Part shown: one piece after another, positions 49,145 through 57,938 of the stretch
Numbering within the stretch: the first letter of the stretch is position 1
Layout of the letters: every line of letters begins with the position of its first letter
Source: a virus
Lineage: Duplodnaviria > Caudoviricetes
IMG/VR virus record: IMGVR_UViG_3300025103_000014
Span: 1-58,649 of that record
Reading direction: 5' to 3' (one strand)
Length of the DNA stretch: 58,649 nucleotides
Notes under the pieces: generated by a model
What the model was told of the DNA's origin: nothing
The model's database searches: none
What the model saw: only the letters and a program-made list of their open reading frames with translations
Translations under genes and position numbers: made by a program

Positions 49145-49385
49145 GATTGGAAACTGGTTGCAATGGTTGTAATGGTTGCAACTGATTGGAAACTAAAATG
49201 ACAACACTTCTACTACCATTTTTAATCTTCGGGATTGCTCCTGTTTTACTAATTGCTATAAATGATACTATGCGCGACTAAAAACTTTTTTAATTTTTTT
49301 ACATTTTGCTATTGACAAACTCGTAAATGATGCTATAATACTCACAGTTACGAAACGAAACGCACAAAGAATAGGAGTGCAACAA

Positions 49386-49823
49386 ATGACTACAGAACAA
49401 ACATACTGGAATGACAAGGGCAAGTATCAAAAAGAGTACGATGCCCTGTGGCTGAAACTTGTTCCATCTCAAGGCGAAGCGGATACTGTTCATGGTGAAA
49501 CATTAAGAGCAGTAAGCAGACTGTACTACGATGTTATGAATAACGGTGCGGGTAATGTTATCGAGTGGTCAGAAGGAAACTATGATAACGACTATGAAGA
49601 AACAACAGAAGTAAACTCTTACTTCCAACCACTTCTTAATCTTGTAGAAGCAAGAACAACAATAAATGTAGAAGCAATACTCATATCTTGCGTTAAAAAG
49701 AGTGGGCTTAATTGGTTTAATGGCGAAGAATGTGCAGAACTTGAAACAGTAATAGATGATGTAATGGAATATGTTATCGAAAAAGATAAAGAAATTACTG
49801 CAAGATACTTGACAAACAAGTAA
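49386..49823 (+). CDS. Acidic early protein, possibly DMP19/DUF4375-like DNA mimic
   Basis: LW.KLVPSQGEADTVHGE.LRA..RLYYD..NNG motif; acidic composition. Confidence 0.55.
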   Translation: MTTEQTYWNDKGKYQKEYDALWLKLVPSQGEADTVHGETLRAVSRLYYDVMNNGAGNVIEWSEGNYDNDYEETTEVNSYFQPLLNLVEARTTINVEAILISCVKKSGLNWFNGEECAELETVIDDVMEYVIEKDKEITARYLTNK

Positions 49824-49880
49824 ATGTATGGTATAATACTTACTCAACAACAACGCGCACAAGAATAGGAGTGCAAAACA

Positions 49881-50888
49881 ATGACTACGGAAACAACAAC
49901 AGAACAACCAAGAACAAAAGTATCTACGATAGTGGATAGGTTGTTCACACAACTAGAGGGTACAAGAACATCGTTCGATTCTTATATTAAGGATGTACCA
50001 ACACCAACAGAGGGAACTATTCTTGTTCGGTGGCAGAGGGATGGCAGAGGAACTCTTAAGGGCATAGAAGAAACTCCCGCAATTACAGTAACCAAAGAAG
50101 ATTTAGATGGTTTTGTTTTTGAGCAAGCAAGTAAAATAGAGAACAACACCGAATCAATATGCTTGTATCACTGGGGCAGAGTAGTAGCAGAAGATAAAGT
50201 AAAAAGGTTTGGCAGGAAAAGCACAGTAAGAGTTTATCTTGAACGAGCATACAAAGTACATTATGGCAGACATTCTTACAGCAAGATGAACAACATTCAA
50301 TTTGAACTACCAAATGATTCAGACATACATAGAATCGTGGTAGAGGTTAGTGGGTATGGGAAGGATGTAAAGAGAGCATTCCCTTTTAAAGATGTATCAC
50401 AATTACAAGACGCAATTACAAAGGCGGTTGCTTATACTTTTAAGAACTCTAAAGTGTTTGCTCCCTCACCAAAAGATAGTAGGAATAAGCACGAAGAACG
50501 CTCAATCACTGAACAGTGGGCTGAGGATATTTTAAGACATCGGGAGAAGCGTATGAAGTTAGATACAATCACACTAGAAGAACAACGAATGAGTGTGTTT
50601 GCAGAACAACTAATTGCATCGGGATTCATGCAAAAAAGATATGACTTATCTTACGAAGCAAAACCACTAACGGTTGAAGGTAAGGGTAAGTGTGAATCAG
50701 AAGGCAGAGCCATAAGAGCCGAGAAACAAACCGAACTGGGCTTAATCACAATAACCGTACAGGTTGATTCTGATGGAGAGTATCGTGCAGGGCTAGGAAT
50801 AAATGCCAGACATAACAACCGAATGCCGATGAAGGCAAACACGATTAAAGTGCAGAACTTAATAGATATGGCTACTTCAATAAAATGA
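49881..50888 (+). CDS. Early cassette hypothetical protein
   Basis: 335 aa ORF after the conserved leader. Confidence 0.8.
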   Translation: MTTETTTEQPRTKVSTIVDRLFTQLEGTRTSFDSYIKDVPTPTEGTILVRWQRDGRGTLKGIEETPAITVTKEDLDGFVFEQASKIENNTESICLYHWGRVVAEDKVKRFGRKSTVRVYLERAYKVHYGRHSYSKMNNIQFELPNDSDIHRIVVEVSGYGKDVKRAFPFKDVSQLQDAITKAVAYTFKNSKVFAPSPKDSRNKHEERSITEQWAEDILRHREKRMKLDTITLEEQRMSVFAEQLIASGFMQKRYDLSYEAKPLTVEGKGKCESEGRAIRAEKQTELGLITITVQVDSDGEYRAGLGINARHNNRMPMKANTIKVQNLIDMATSIK

Positions 50889-50927
50889 TAAAAACTCGCC
50901 CTGTGATTCAGAGTATAAAAGAATCCG

Positions 50928-50953
50928 AGTGGTAGGCGTAACCTACTATTTTT
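50928..50953 (+). terminator. Intrinsic terminator
   Basis: TGGTAGG-CGTAA-CCTACTA followed by a T run. Confidence 0.65.
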
Positions 50954-51011
50954 AAGAAAAAAGTTTAGTAAGGTACTTGACAAGTAAGTAAAGGTATGGT
51001 ATAATGCAGTT

Positions 51012-51147
51012 TGACAAGTGAATAGGGAGGCAGTCAATGGTCGTACCCCTAGTAAACCGTCCACCAACAAGGTATTTGAGGCGGTTCTTAATTGAACTAG
51101 ATAGATGGTACATACTTAAAGGCGAACGACTGCTTCCCTTTTTTTAA
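51012..51147 (+). ncRNA. Candidate structured small RNA, alternatively a 36-aa ORF (51037-51147) with self-sequestered RBS
   Basis: Has its own consensus promoter; 12-bp closing stem 51024-51035 / 51128-51139 followed by a T run; nested inner helices. Confidence 0.55.
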
Positions 51148-51238
51148 GAAAAAAGTTTAGTAAGGTACTTGACAAGTAAGTAAACACTTGGTATAATACT
51201 TACTCAACAATAAAGCACAAAGAATAGGAGTGCAAAAC

Positions 51239-51640
51239 ATGACACACACCAAACAAGACAGTGAATATGCTAGAGAACTTCTAGCCCTTAGCCAACGGCA
51301 AAAGGCAGAAGCAGAACTGAAACAACGACTCATAAATGATGCAGAGATTGTGGCTAAAGAAAAACAAAGAGCAGATTTGCATGGAGTTATTGCAGAGGCA
51401 ATAAATGATGTACACAATACTCAACGGTTTAGCAATTCCGACTTGATGGACATTCGAGAAATTGTTACAGACCGACTTATGAAAAATGGTTTGATGAACG
51501 AAGAAGAAAAAGATAAGTTTCTTCGTACTGTTCAGATTTTTGCTTGCAACGATAAAGATTGGGCGAAAAAAAGCCCAAGCAAGACAAAGAGCAAGAGCAG
51601 TTACTTGCCGAACGCAGAATCAGTAGATGGGAGATGGTGA
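51239..51640 (+). CDS. Early cassette hypothetical protein (coiled)
   Basis: ATG 51239 after AGGAG. Confidence 0.75.
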   Translation: MTHTKQDSEYARELLALSQRQKAEAELKQRLINDAEIVAKEKQRADLHGVIAEAINDVHNTQRFSNSDLMDIREIVTDRLMKNGLMNEEEKDKFLRTVQIFACNDKDWAKKSPSKTKSKSSYLPNAESVDGRW

Positions 51641-51644
51641 AAAC

Positions 51645-52076
51645 ATGGAAGCAAAACTTTTAACAGCAGGGCGGTACTTTGAAGAAGGTAACAAGAGAAC
51701 ACCACCGATGTCTATGGGCGTGTATCGGATGGTGCGTAACCTGTTAAAAAAGGCATACAAGGGTAGACCTGTACTTGGTGTAAAGGTTGTTATGCAAGAG
51801 GATGGTAACAGGATGTTAGAGCCAACGATAGCGTGGGAAGAAGGGCTTACCGACTGTAAATACTTCTTTTTGATGTTGCACAATGACGGCACTATCTACT
51901 CAATTTTTGGCAACCGAAAAGAGTTTTTAAGCATTTTTCCAGATGATGACATTGATGACTTTAGCCATGTAGACAAAGACAAAGAAGTAATGTTCGGACT
52001 ACCGCTTCCAAAGGATAGCCCAAGAATATGGGCAATGGACTGTGAACGATGTACAGCGATTTATATGTTAAAATGA
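51645..52076 (+). CDS. Hypothetical protein
   Basis: ATG 51645 after GGAG/GGTG. Confidence 0.7.
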   Translation: MEAKLLTAGRYFEEGNKRTPPMSMGVYRMVRNLLKKAYKGRPVLGVKVVMQEDGNRMLEPTIAWEEGLTDCKYFFLMLHNDGTIYSIFGNRKEFLSIFPDDDIDDFSHVDKDKEVMFGLPLPKDSPRIWAMDCERCTAIYMLK

Positions 52077-52225
52077 ATAATGTAGAGGCAATGCTGAGGA
52101 TGTACCAAAGAGCGAACCCCACACTTACAAGGGGTGAGTGCATTGAACTTATGAAAAAAAAGGAACGACACTTTCTTGGTTATGATATTAAACTCAAACC
52201 AAACAAGAAGCGAAAGAAACGCTGA
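52073..52225 (+). CDS. Small basic protein (50 aa)
   Basis: ATGA-coupled; ends KPNKKRKKR with the stop supplied by the family A repeat. Confidence 0.5.
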   Translation: MNNVEAMLRMYQRANPTLTRGECIELMKKKERHFLGYDIKLKPNKKRKKR

Positions 52226-52336
52226 TTGAGAGTGATTGGAAACTGATTGGAAACTGATTGGAAACAAAGATAAAAAGACCTGTATATCCTTTTTAAAAAT
52301 AAAAGAAGATAAAAAGACCTGTATATCCTTTTTAAA
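52223..52336. repeat. Family A (11-mer) plus family B x2 block
   Basis: TGATTGGAAAC x3 followed by two B units. Confidence 0.9.
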
Positions 52337-52446
52337 GAAAAAACTTTTTTAATTTTTTTAAGTTTATGTATTGACAAGTGAGTAAAAGATGGTATAATAC
52401 TTACCAGTTACGAAACACAACGCTCAATGAATAGGAGAGCAAAACA

Positions 52447-52914
52447 ATGACAACCGAAACAGCAACCAATTTTTCTACAAAAATAAACTACGCTCAACTT
52501 AACAAGCAATGGCAAGCCAATGTTACTAAGGCAAGGCAAAAAGTAACAGGATGGTACGGAAGAAGAATGGTCGAAAATCGTTCTCTTTACTTATCAGCAC
52601 AAAAAGATAATAACGAAGATTTTGATGTTGAACTATTTAGAAACGGCGGGGGGTATGAATCGGAGCAAGGAAACCCTATGGTTTTTACTCAAGAAGAAAT
52701 ATCTTGTTGCATTGAAGAAGGAAAGGCACACTTTTTAGTAAAAGAAAATGAATTAAACATCACAATCGAACAAGGAATGGATGGTGTTAAAGAACGAGAT
52801 AAAGCATACGGGCGTGGTAAACTTGGAGAAGTATTAGACTATGATGCAGAAGTATGCCATGTTAATTGTACAATCAAGAGCGATGGAACATTTAAGATAT
52901 GGATTGACGAGTAA
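52447..52914 (+). CDS. Early cassette hypothetical protein
   Basis: Leader with AGGAG; 155 aa. Confidence 0.8.
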   Translation: MTTETATNFSTKINYAQLNKQWQANVTKARQKVTGWYGRRMVENRSLYLSAQKDNNEDFDVELFRNGGGYESEQGNPMVFTQEEISCCIEEGKAHFLVKENELNITIEQGMDGVKERDKAYGRGKLGEVLDYDAEVCHVNCTIKSDGTFKIWIDE

Positions 52915-52993
52915 CCACTTGACAAGTAGGTAAACACTTGGTATAATACTTACCAGATACGAAACGAAACGCACAAGAATAGGAGTGCAAAAA

Positions 52994-53554
52994 ATGAACC
53001 GACTAACAATTAGATATGATGAAAGTGCAGAATCCCCAAGAGAAGAATGTTGTAATTTAGGTACTCTTGCTTGTTCTCACAGTAACTACAATATGTCTGA
53101 TAAAGACGTATCAATCGAAGATGCACCGAACCAAGATGATGATGATTATGTCATGCTCCCAGTTTATATGTATGAACATGGTGGTTGCACAATAAGCACT
53201 TCACCGTTCTCTTGTTCTTGGGATAGTGGTCAAATTGGGTGGATATGGTGCAGTTTTGAGAACGCTAAAAATCACTTACAGAATCCCGATGTTACTTATG
53301 AAATGATTGTTAAGTATCTAAAAGGCGAGATAGAAACATACGACACTTTTATTCGTGGTGATGTTTATGGTTTTGTACTTGAAGAATCCACTACTTGTGG
53401 GGATTGTAACCACACCGAATGGGAAGTAACCGACTCATGTTGGGGCTTCTTGGGAGATAACCATGTAGAGAACATGGCGGATTGTTTACCAGAAGAAGCA
53501 CACGAAGCACTGAAAGACATCGAAGTAGATAAGCCGATGTTGATTGGAAACTGA
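52994..53554 (+). CDS. Conserved acidic phage protein
   Basis: SPRE..NLG, LPVYMYEHGG, WDSGQIGW, GDVYGF and DSCWGF motifs. Confidence 0.8.
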   Translation: MNRLTIRYDESAESPREECCNLGTLACSHSNYNMSDKDVSIEDAPNQDDDDYVMLPVYMYEHGGCTISTSPFSCSWDSGQIGWIWCSFENAKNHLQNPDVTYEMIVKYLKGEIETYDTFIRGDVYGFVLEESTTCGDCNHTEWEVTDSCWGFLGDNHVENMADCLPEEAHEALKDIEVDKPMLIGN

Positions 53555-53697
53555 TTGGAAACTGATTGGAAACTGATTGGAAACTGATTGGAAACTGATT
53601 GGAAACTGATTGGAAACTGATTGGAAACAAAGATAAAAAGACCTGCATATCCTTTTTAAATAATAAAAGATAAAAAGACCTGTATATCCTTTTTAAA
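53541..53697. repeat. Family A 11-mer TGATTGGAAAC x8 plus family B x2
   Basis: Perfect tandem at 53541-53628. Confidence 0.95.
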
Positions 53698-53806
53698 GAA
53701 AAAACTTTTTTTATTTTTTTAAGTTTATGTATTGACAAACTCGTAAATGATGGTATAATACTTACCAGTTACGAAACGAAACGCACAAAGAATAGGAGTG
53801 CAAACA

Positions 53807-54112
53807 ATGACAGAACTAGATTTTGTAAAATCGGACAACATAGGCGGAACATCCCTAAAAGGTAGCGTAGAATGCTCTTACAGCGACATTGTGGCTGTAT
53901 TCGGAGAACCATCAGAGGGAACAGACAAGACGGACGCAGAGTGGGCTATAGAGTTTCCTTGTGGAACTGTAGCAACCCTTTACAACTGGAAGAATGGCGT
54001 AAACTATTGCGGGGCATACGGTACGCCAGTGGAGCAAATTACACAGTGGAACATCGGTGGGCATTTTGGGGCGGATTCTGTAGAACTTGTTAAGAAGGCA
54101 CTTGACAAGTAG
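53807..54112 (+). CDS. Conserved phage hypothetical protein
   Basis: GTSLKG...Y..IV..FGEP, DKTDAEW, ATLYNWK and WNIGG motifs. Confidence 0.8.
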   Translation: MTELDFVKSDNIGGTSLKGSVECSYSDIVAVFGEPSEGTDKTDAEWAIEFPCGTVATLYNWKNGVNYCGAYGTPVEQITQWNIGGHFGADSVELVKKALDK

Positions 54113-54176
54113 GTAAATACTTGCTATAATGTATACAGTTACGACACTACAACGCTCTAGAATAGGAGAGCAATAC

Positions 54177-54371
54177 ATGAAACAAAAAACCAAACAACCC
54201 GACACTTGCGTATTTTGCGGGAGTATGTCGTTAAGGTTACTAAAAGATAGAGCCACTAGCGACCCAATTTTAAGCCCCGAAGGCATGAAAATATATAGAT
54301 GTGGACGATGCTGTTCTATGAGCAATGAATACACTGTTGACATTAAAGTAGACGAATTGGAAACTAAATGA
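54177..54371 (+). CDS. Small zinc-ribbon protein
   Basis: CVFC...CGRC; ATG 54177 after AGGAG. Confidence 0.7.
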   Translation: MKQKTKQPDTCVFCGSMSLRLLKDRATSDPILSPEGMKIYRCGRCCSMSNEYTVDIKVDELETK

Positions 54372-54419
54372 CAACACTTCTACTACCATTTTTAATCTTC
54401 GGGATTGCTCCTGCAAAAA

Positions 54420-54587
54420 TGATTGCAAATGATTGCAAATGATTGCAAATGATTGCAAATGATTGCAAATGATTGCAAATGAAAGATAAAAAGACCTGTA
54501 TATCCTTTTTAAATAATAAAAGATAAAAAGACCTGTATATCCTTTTTAAATAATAAAAGATAAAAAGACCTGTATATCCTTTTTAAA
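54420..54587. repeat. Family A variant 10-mer GATTGCAAAT x6 plus family B x3
   Basis: Perfect tandem at 54421-54480. Confidence 0.95.
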
Positions 54588-54696
54588 GAAAAAACTTTTT
54601 TAATTTTTTTAAGTTTATGTATTGACAAACTCGTAAATGATGGTATAATACTTACCAGTTACGAAACGAAACGCACAAAGAATAGGAGTGCAAAAC

Positions 54697-55173
54697 ATGG
54701 AACGAATAACACACTATAAACAACTAGAAGGGGCAACAGTCGAGAGCGATAAAATGAACTTCAGCGAGGAAGTACACGCCCTAGCCCTACACTTGAACGA
54801 TGATACCGCAACACTTGACGAGGTAGAAAGATGGCTAGATAATGAGGATTATCTAGTATTTGATGATGAGGATGCCGACAAAAAAGCAGAGGAATATATT
54901 AGGAATACGGTATGGGGCTTCAATGCTGACTTTCTCTCTTGGTATTGCCCAGATGGAATAGAAGCGGAGCATATCACCGCCTTAAGGGGTGATTCTTGCG
55001 AGGGGTGCAACGAGGCACTGGTAGTCCTTGTGGAAGCAGGGCAAGGGATGGAGAAGTTTATCAGCGAGGCAATAAGTACCGATGGTCGTGGGCATTTTAT
55101 TAGTTTTTATGATGGCGAAGAAAACGAAGTAACATACAACGGCACAGATTATTATATTTACAGGATAAACTAA
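54697..55173 (+). CDS. Highly acidic conserved phage protein
   Basis: DGRGHFISFYDGEE.E...YIYRIN motif; Asp/Glu-rich. Confidence 0.8.
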   Translation: MERITHYKQLEGATVESDKMNFSEEVHALALHLNDDTATLDEVERWLDNEDYLVFDDEDADKKAEEYIRNTVWGFNADFLSWYCPDGIEAEHITALRGDSCEGCNEALVVLVEAGQGMEKFISEAISTDGRGHFISFYDGEENEVTYNGTDYYIYRIN

Positions 55174-55209
55174 TGAACCAATAAAAAAACAAAGACAACC
55201 CAACAAAGC

Positions 55210-55234
55210 AAGCCCCGCCCAAGGGGCTTTTTTT
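55210..55234 (+). terminator. Intrinsic terminator
   Basis: AAGCCCC-loop-GGGGCTT followed by a T run. Confidence 0.85.
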
Positions 55235-55239
55235 GTGGG

Positions 55240-56150
55240 CTGATTGGAAACTGATTGCAAACTGATTGCAAACTGATTGCAAACTGATTGCAAATGAAAG
55301 ATAAAAAGACCTGCATTTTTTAAAAATAAAAAAAGAAAAGAGTATCTGTATATCCTTTTAAAAATAAAAGAAGATAAAAAGACCTGCATATCCTTTTTAA
55401 AAATAAAAGAAGATAAAAAGACCTGCATATCCTTTTTAAAATACCCCCCAAATGGCTAAAAATAACGATACCCTCATTTTTGGGCTAAAAACAGGGCTTT
55501 CAGTAAAGCCCCTAGAATCGCCTGTACTGGCTTTGTTGGTGTGTAAATGACTCGTACATCGTTGACAGCAAGATATAGCATACAGGGCATTCTAGACCCC
55601 TTAAAAGGCAAGTGTTAAAATAGGCAAACTGTAGCCCCTAAATAATAAAAGATAAAAAGACCTGCATATCCTTTTTAAATAAAAGAAGATAAAAAGACCT
55701 GCATATCCTTTTTAAAAATAAAAGAAGATAAAAAGACCTGCATATCCTTTTTAAATAAAAGAAGATAAAAAGACCTGCATATCCTTTTTAAAAATAAAAG
55801 AAGATAAAAAGACCTGCATATCCTTTTTAATAATAAAAGATAAAAAGACCTGTATATCCTCTTAAAAAATAAAAGAAGATAAAAAGACCTGTATATCTTT
55901 TTAAAAATCTTACACTTTTTGAAAAAAAAATGCTAATTTTACCCCTTGCCCCCTTGACAAATGAGAAACACGCTTTTCAGCCTAAAAATGGCTATTTTTT
56001 TCGAGAATCGCCTGTACTGGCAGTATCGAAAAAAATAGACTCATGGGTCATTGACAGCAAGATAAGGCGTACAGGGCATTCTAGCCCCCTTTAAAGGCAA
56101 GCCAGACCAGAACCCCGTTTTTAGCCCAATAAAGGCGGTTTTTACCCCAT
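55240..56150. repeat. ~0.9 kb non-coding repeat complex (A x5, B x~11, two long hairpin repeats)
   Basis: A at 55240-55295; B at 55297-55440 and x7 at 55648-55905; hairpin repeats at 55512-55610 and 56004-56101. Confidence 0.9.
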
Positions 56151-56287
56151 ACTATATATACATAAAAAAAATAAAAAAAGATACAATAGACTACTTGACA
56201 ACGGCATAAATGACGATATAATAAAGAGCATAACAACAACGGACAACAGTCCACAAACCCCAACCCCCAGAATAGGAAACAAGAACA

Positions 56288-57253
56288 ATGGCTAAGAAAA
56301 ATAAACAAATGACGAACAACGAGATGTACCAAATGATTACCGATAGAGTGGTCAAAGCATTAGAAGCCGATATCATCCCGTGGGTACGACCATGGAGCGA
56401 AGAGGGCGGAGCAAGAAGTTTCCCCCGAAATGTAGCAAGCGGAAAAGCATACAACGGTATCAACACTTGGCTTCTATCTTTAATGGGCTACGCTTCTCCG
56501 TGGTGGCTAACCTACAAACAACTTCGAGCCATCGGCGGAACTGTTAAAGAAGGCGAAAAAGATAACACAAGCCCTGTAGTGTTCTGGAACTTTTTTAAGA
56601 CTAAAGATAAGACAACCAAGAAGGAAAAAGTAATCCCATTCATGAAACATAGTAACGCTTACAATATCGAGCAATGCGACATACCAGAAGCGGAACTGCA
56701 AAAACTTGCCAAGCGACTTGATAAACTTGCAGGTAAAAAAGTTGTAAAGACTGACAAAGACAACAACGAAAAAAACGCAGTTTGTGAAGCAACTATTCGG
56801 GCATATTTAGATGGTCAAAAAATCACAGTATTAGAAGGAAGCGCATCGTACAATTTTGCGAACGACAATATAAAAATGCCACCGCTTGATACATTCACAA
56901 CAAGCGAACACTACTACGCAACTTTTTACCATGAAGCGGTACACAGTACTGGTCATGAATCGCGCCTTAATCGAAAAATCCAAAACCAATTCGGTACGCC
57001 AGAATATGCAAGGGAAGAACTCACGGCGGAACTTGGAGCAAGTTTCCTATGTGGCATCACTGGTATAGATACGCAACCAGTAACCGAGAACCGCGATGCT
57101 TATATAAAGGGATGGCTTAAAGCAATAAAGAACGACAACAAGTGTATCGCCGTAGCAAGTAGCAAGGCAGGCAAGGCAAGCGATATGATTCTCGGTACAA
57201 CTCAAAAAGGCGATACGGTATACACGCCACGCAAAAAGAAAACAAAGAAGTAA
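56288..57253 (+). CDS. ardC: ArdC-family antirestriction protein (ssDNA-binding plus zincin-like domain)
   Basis: ITDRVV..LE....PW..PW, N..SGKAY.GIN, WLTYKQ, YYATFYHEAVHSTGH..RLNR, YAREEL.AELGA and YI.GWL motifs. Confidence 0.93.
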   Translation: MAKKNKQMTNNEMYQMITDRVVKALEADIIPWVRPWSEEGGARSFPRNVASGKAYNGINTWLLSLMGYASPWWLTYKQLRAIGGTVKEGEKDNTSPVVFWNFFKTKDKTTKKEKVIPFMKHSNAYNIEQCDIPEAELQKLAKRLDKLAGKKVVKTDKDNNEKNAVCEATIRAYLDGQKITVLEGSASYNFANDNIKMPPLDTFTTSEHYYATFYHEAVHSTGHESRLNRKIQNQFGTPEYAREELTAELGASFLCGITGIDTQPVTENRDAYIKGWLKAIKNDNKCIAVASSKAGKASDMILGTTQKGDTVYTPRKKKTKK

Positions 57254-57262
57254 AGACACAAG

Positions 57263-57288
57263 AAGCCCCCAAAAATGGGGGCTTTTTT
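57263..57288 (+). terminator. Intrinsic terminator (repeated at 57784-57809 and 58243-58269)
   Basis: AAGCCCCC-loop-GGGGGCTT followed by a T run. Confidence 0.9.
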
Positions 57289-57417
57289 AATTTAAAAAAA
57301 TCTAAAAAAAGATACAATAGACTACTTGACAACGGCATAAATGACGATATAATAAAGAGCATAACAACAACGGAGTACAGACACTCCACAACCCCAACCC
57401 CTGAAAGAGGTAAACAA

Positions 57418-57762
57418 ATGACCGAGCAACGACAACAACCAACAGCAAGCCACTACACGATAACAAACGAAAGCACAAATGCAATAGTAGGAATTGCAAG
57501 CGACATACCAAACCTGTACTATGTTCTTTGTTCGATGGCGATGCCCGATAGCATTCTGCAAGATGAACTAAGAATAACATACGGCGGTATGTGTATCGCT
57601 TGCCATGAAACCGCAGATACACTATGTGAGCATTTTCGACAGGAAGCGGTAGAAGCACAACAACAACAACCAGAAGAGGAAACCATCGAAGATATCACAG
57701 CCGAGTACGAGCAAGAACTAGACGCTCAACTTGCAGATTTTTACGAGGACGATTTTAGATAA
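57418..57762 (+). CDS. Acidic early protein
   Basis: RBS GAGG; very acidic C-terminus. Confidence 0.75.
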   Translation: MTEQRQQPTASHYTITNESTNAIVGIASDIPNLYYVLCSMAMPDSILQDELRITYGGMCIACHETADTLCEHFRQEAVEAQQQQPEEETIEDITAEYEQELDAQLADFYEDDFR

Positions 57763-57938
57763 ACAACAACCCAGAACACGAAGAAGCCCCCAAAAATGGG
57801 GGCTTTTTTAATGTAAAAAAAATGTAAAAAAGATACAATACACTACTTGACAACGGCATAAATGACGATATAATAAAGAGCATAACAACAACGGAGTACA
57901 GACACTCCACAACCCCAACCCCTGAAAGAGGTAAACAA

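Larger units (their letters stand above)
46931..57874 (+). promoter_or_regulatory. Array of 15 consensus sigma70 promoters with shared leaders
   Basis: TTGACA-N16/17-TATAAT with -35 at 46931, 47219, 48408, 49312, 49809, 50977, 51169, 52371, 52919, 53732, 54102, 54622, 56195, 57326 and 57847. Confidence 0.93.

Noticed and set aside
47176-54697. ORF-track starts at upstream GTG/TTG/ATG within promoter or leader repeats (47176, 48435, 49377, 51230, 52985, 53798, 54129, 54688)
   Set aside because: These codons overlap the RBS or promoter or lie upstream of it; the ATG just after AGGAG is the better start
55648-55905. Family B ~37-bp repeats as a CRISPR array
   Set aside because: The units are adjacent, with only short A-rich linkers, no unique spacers and no cas genes
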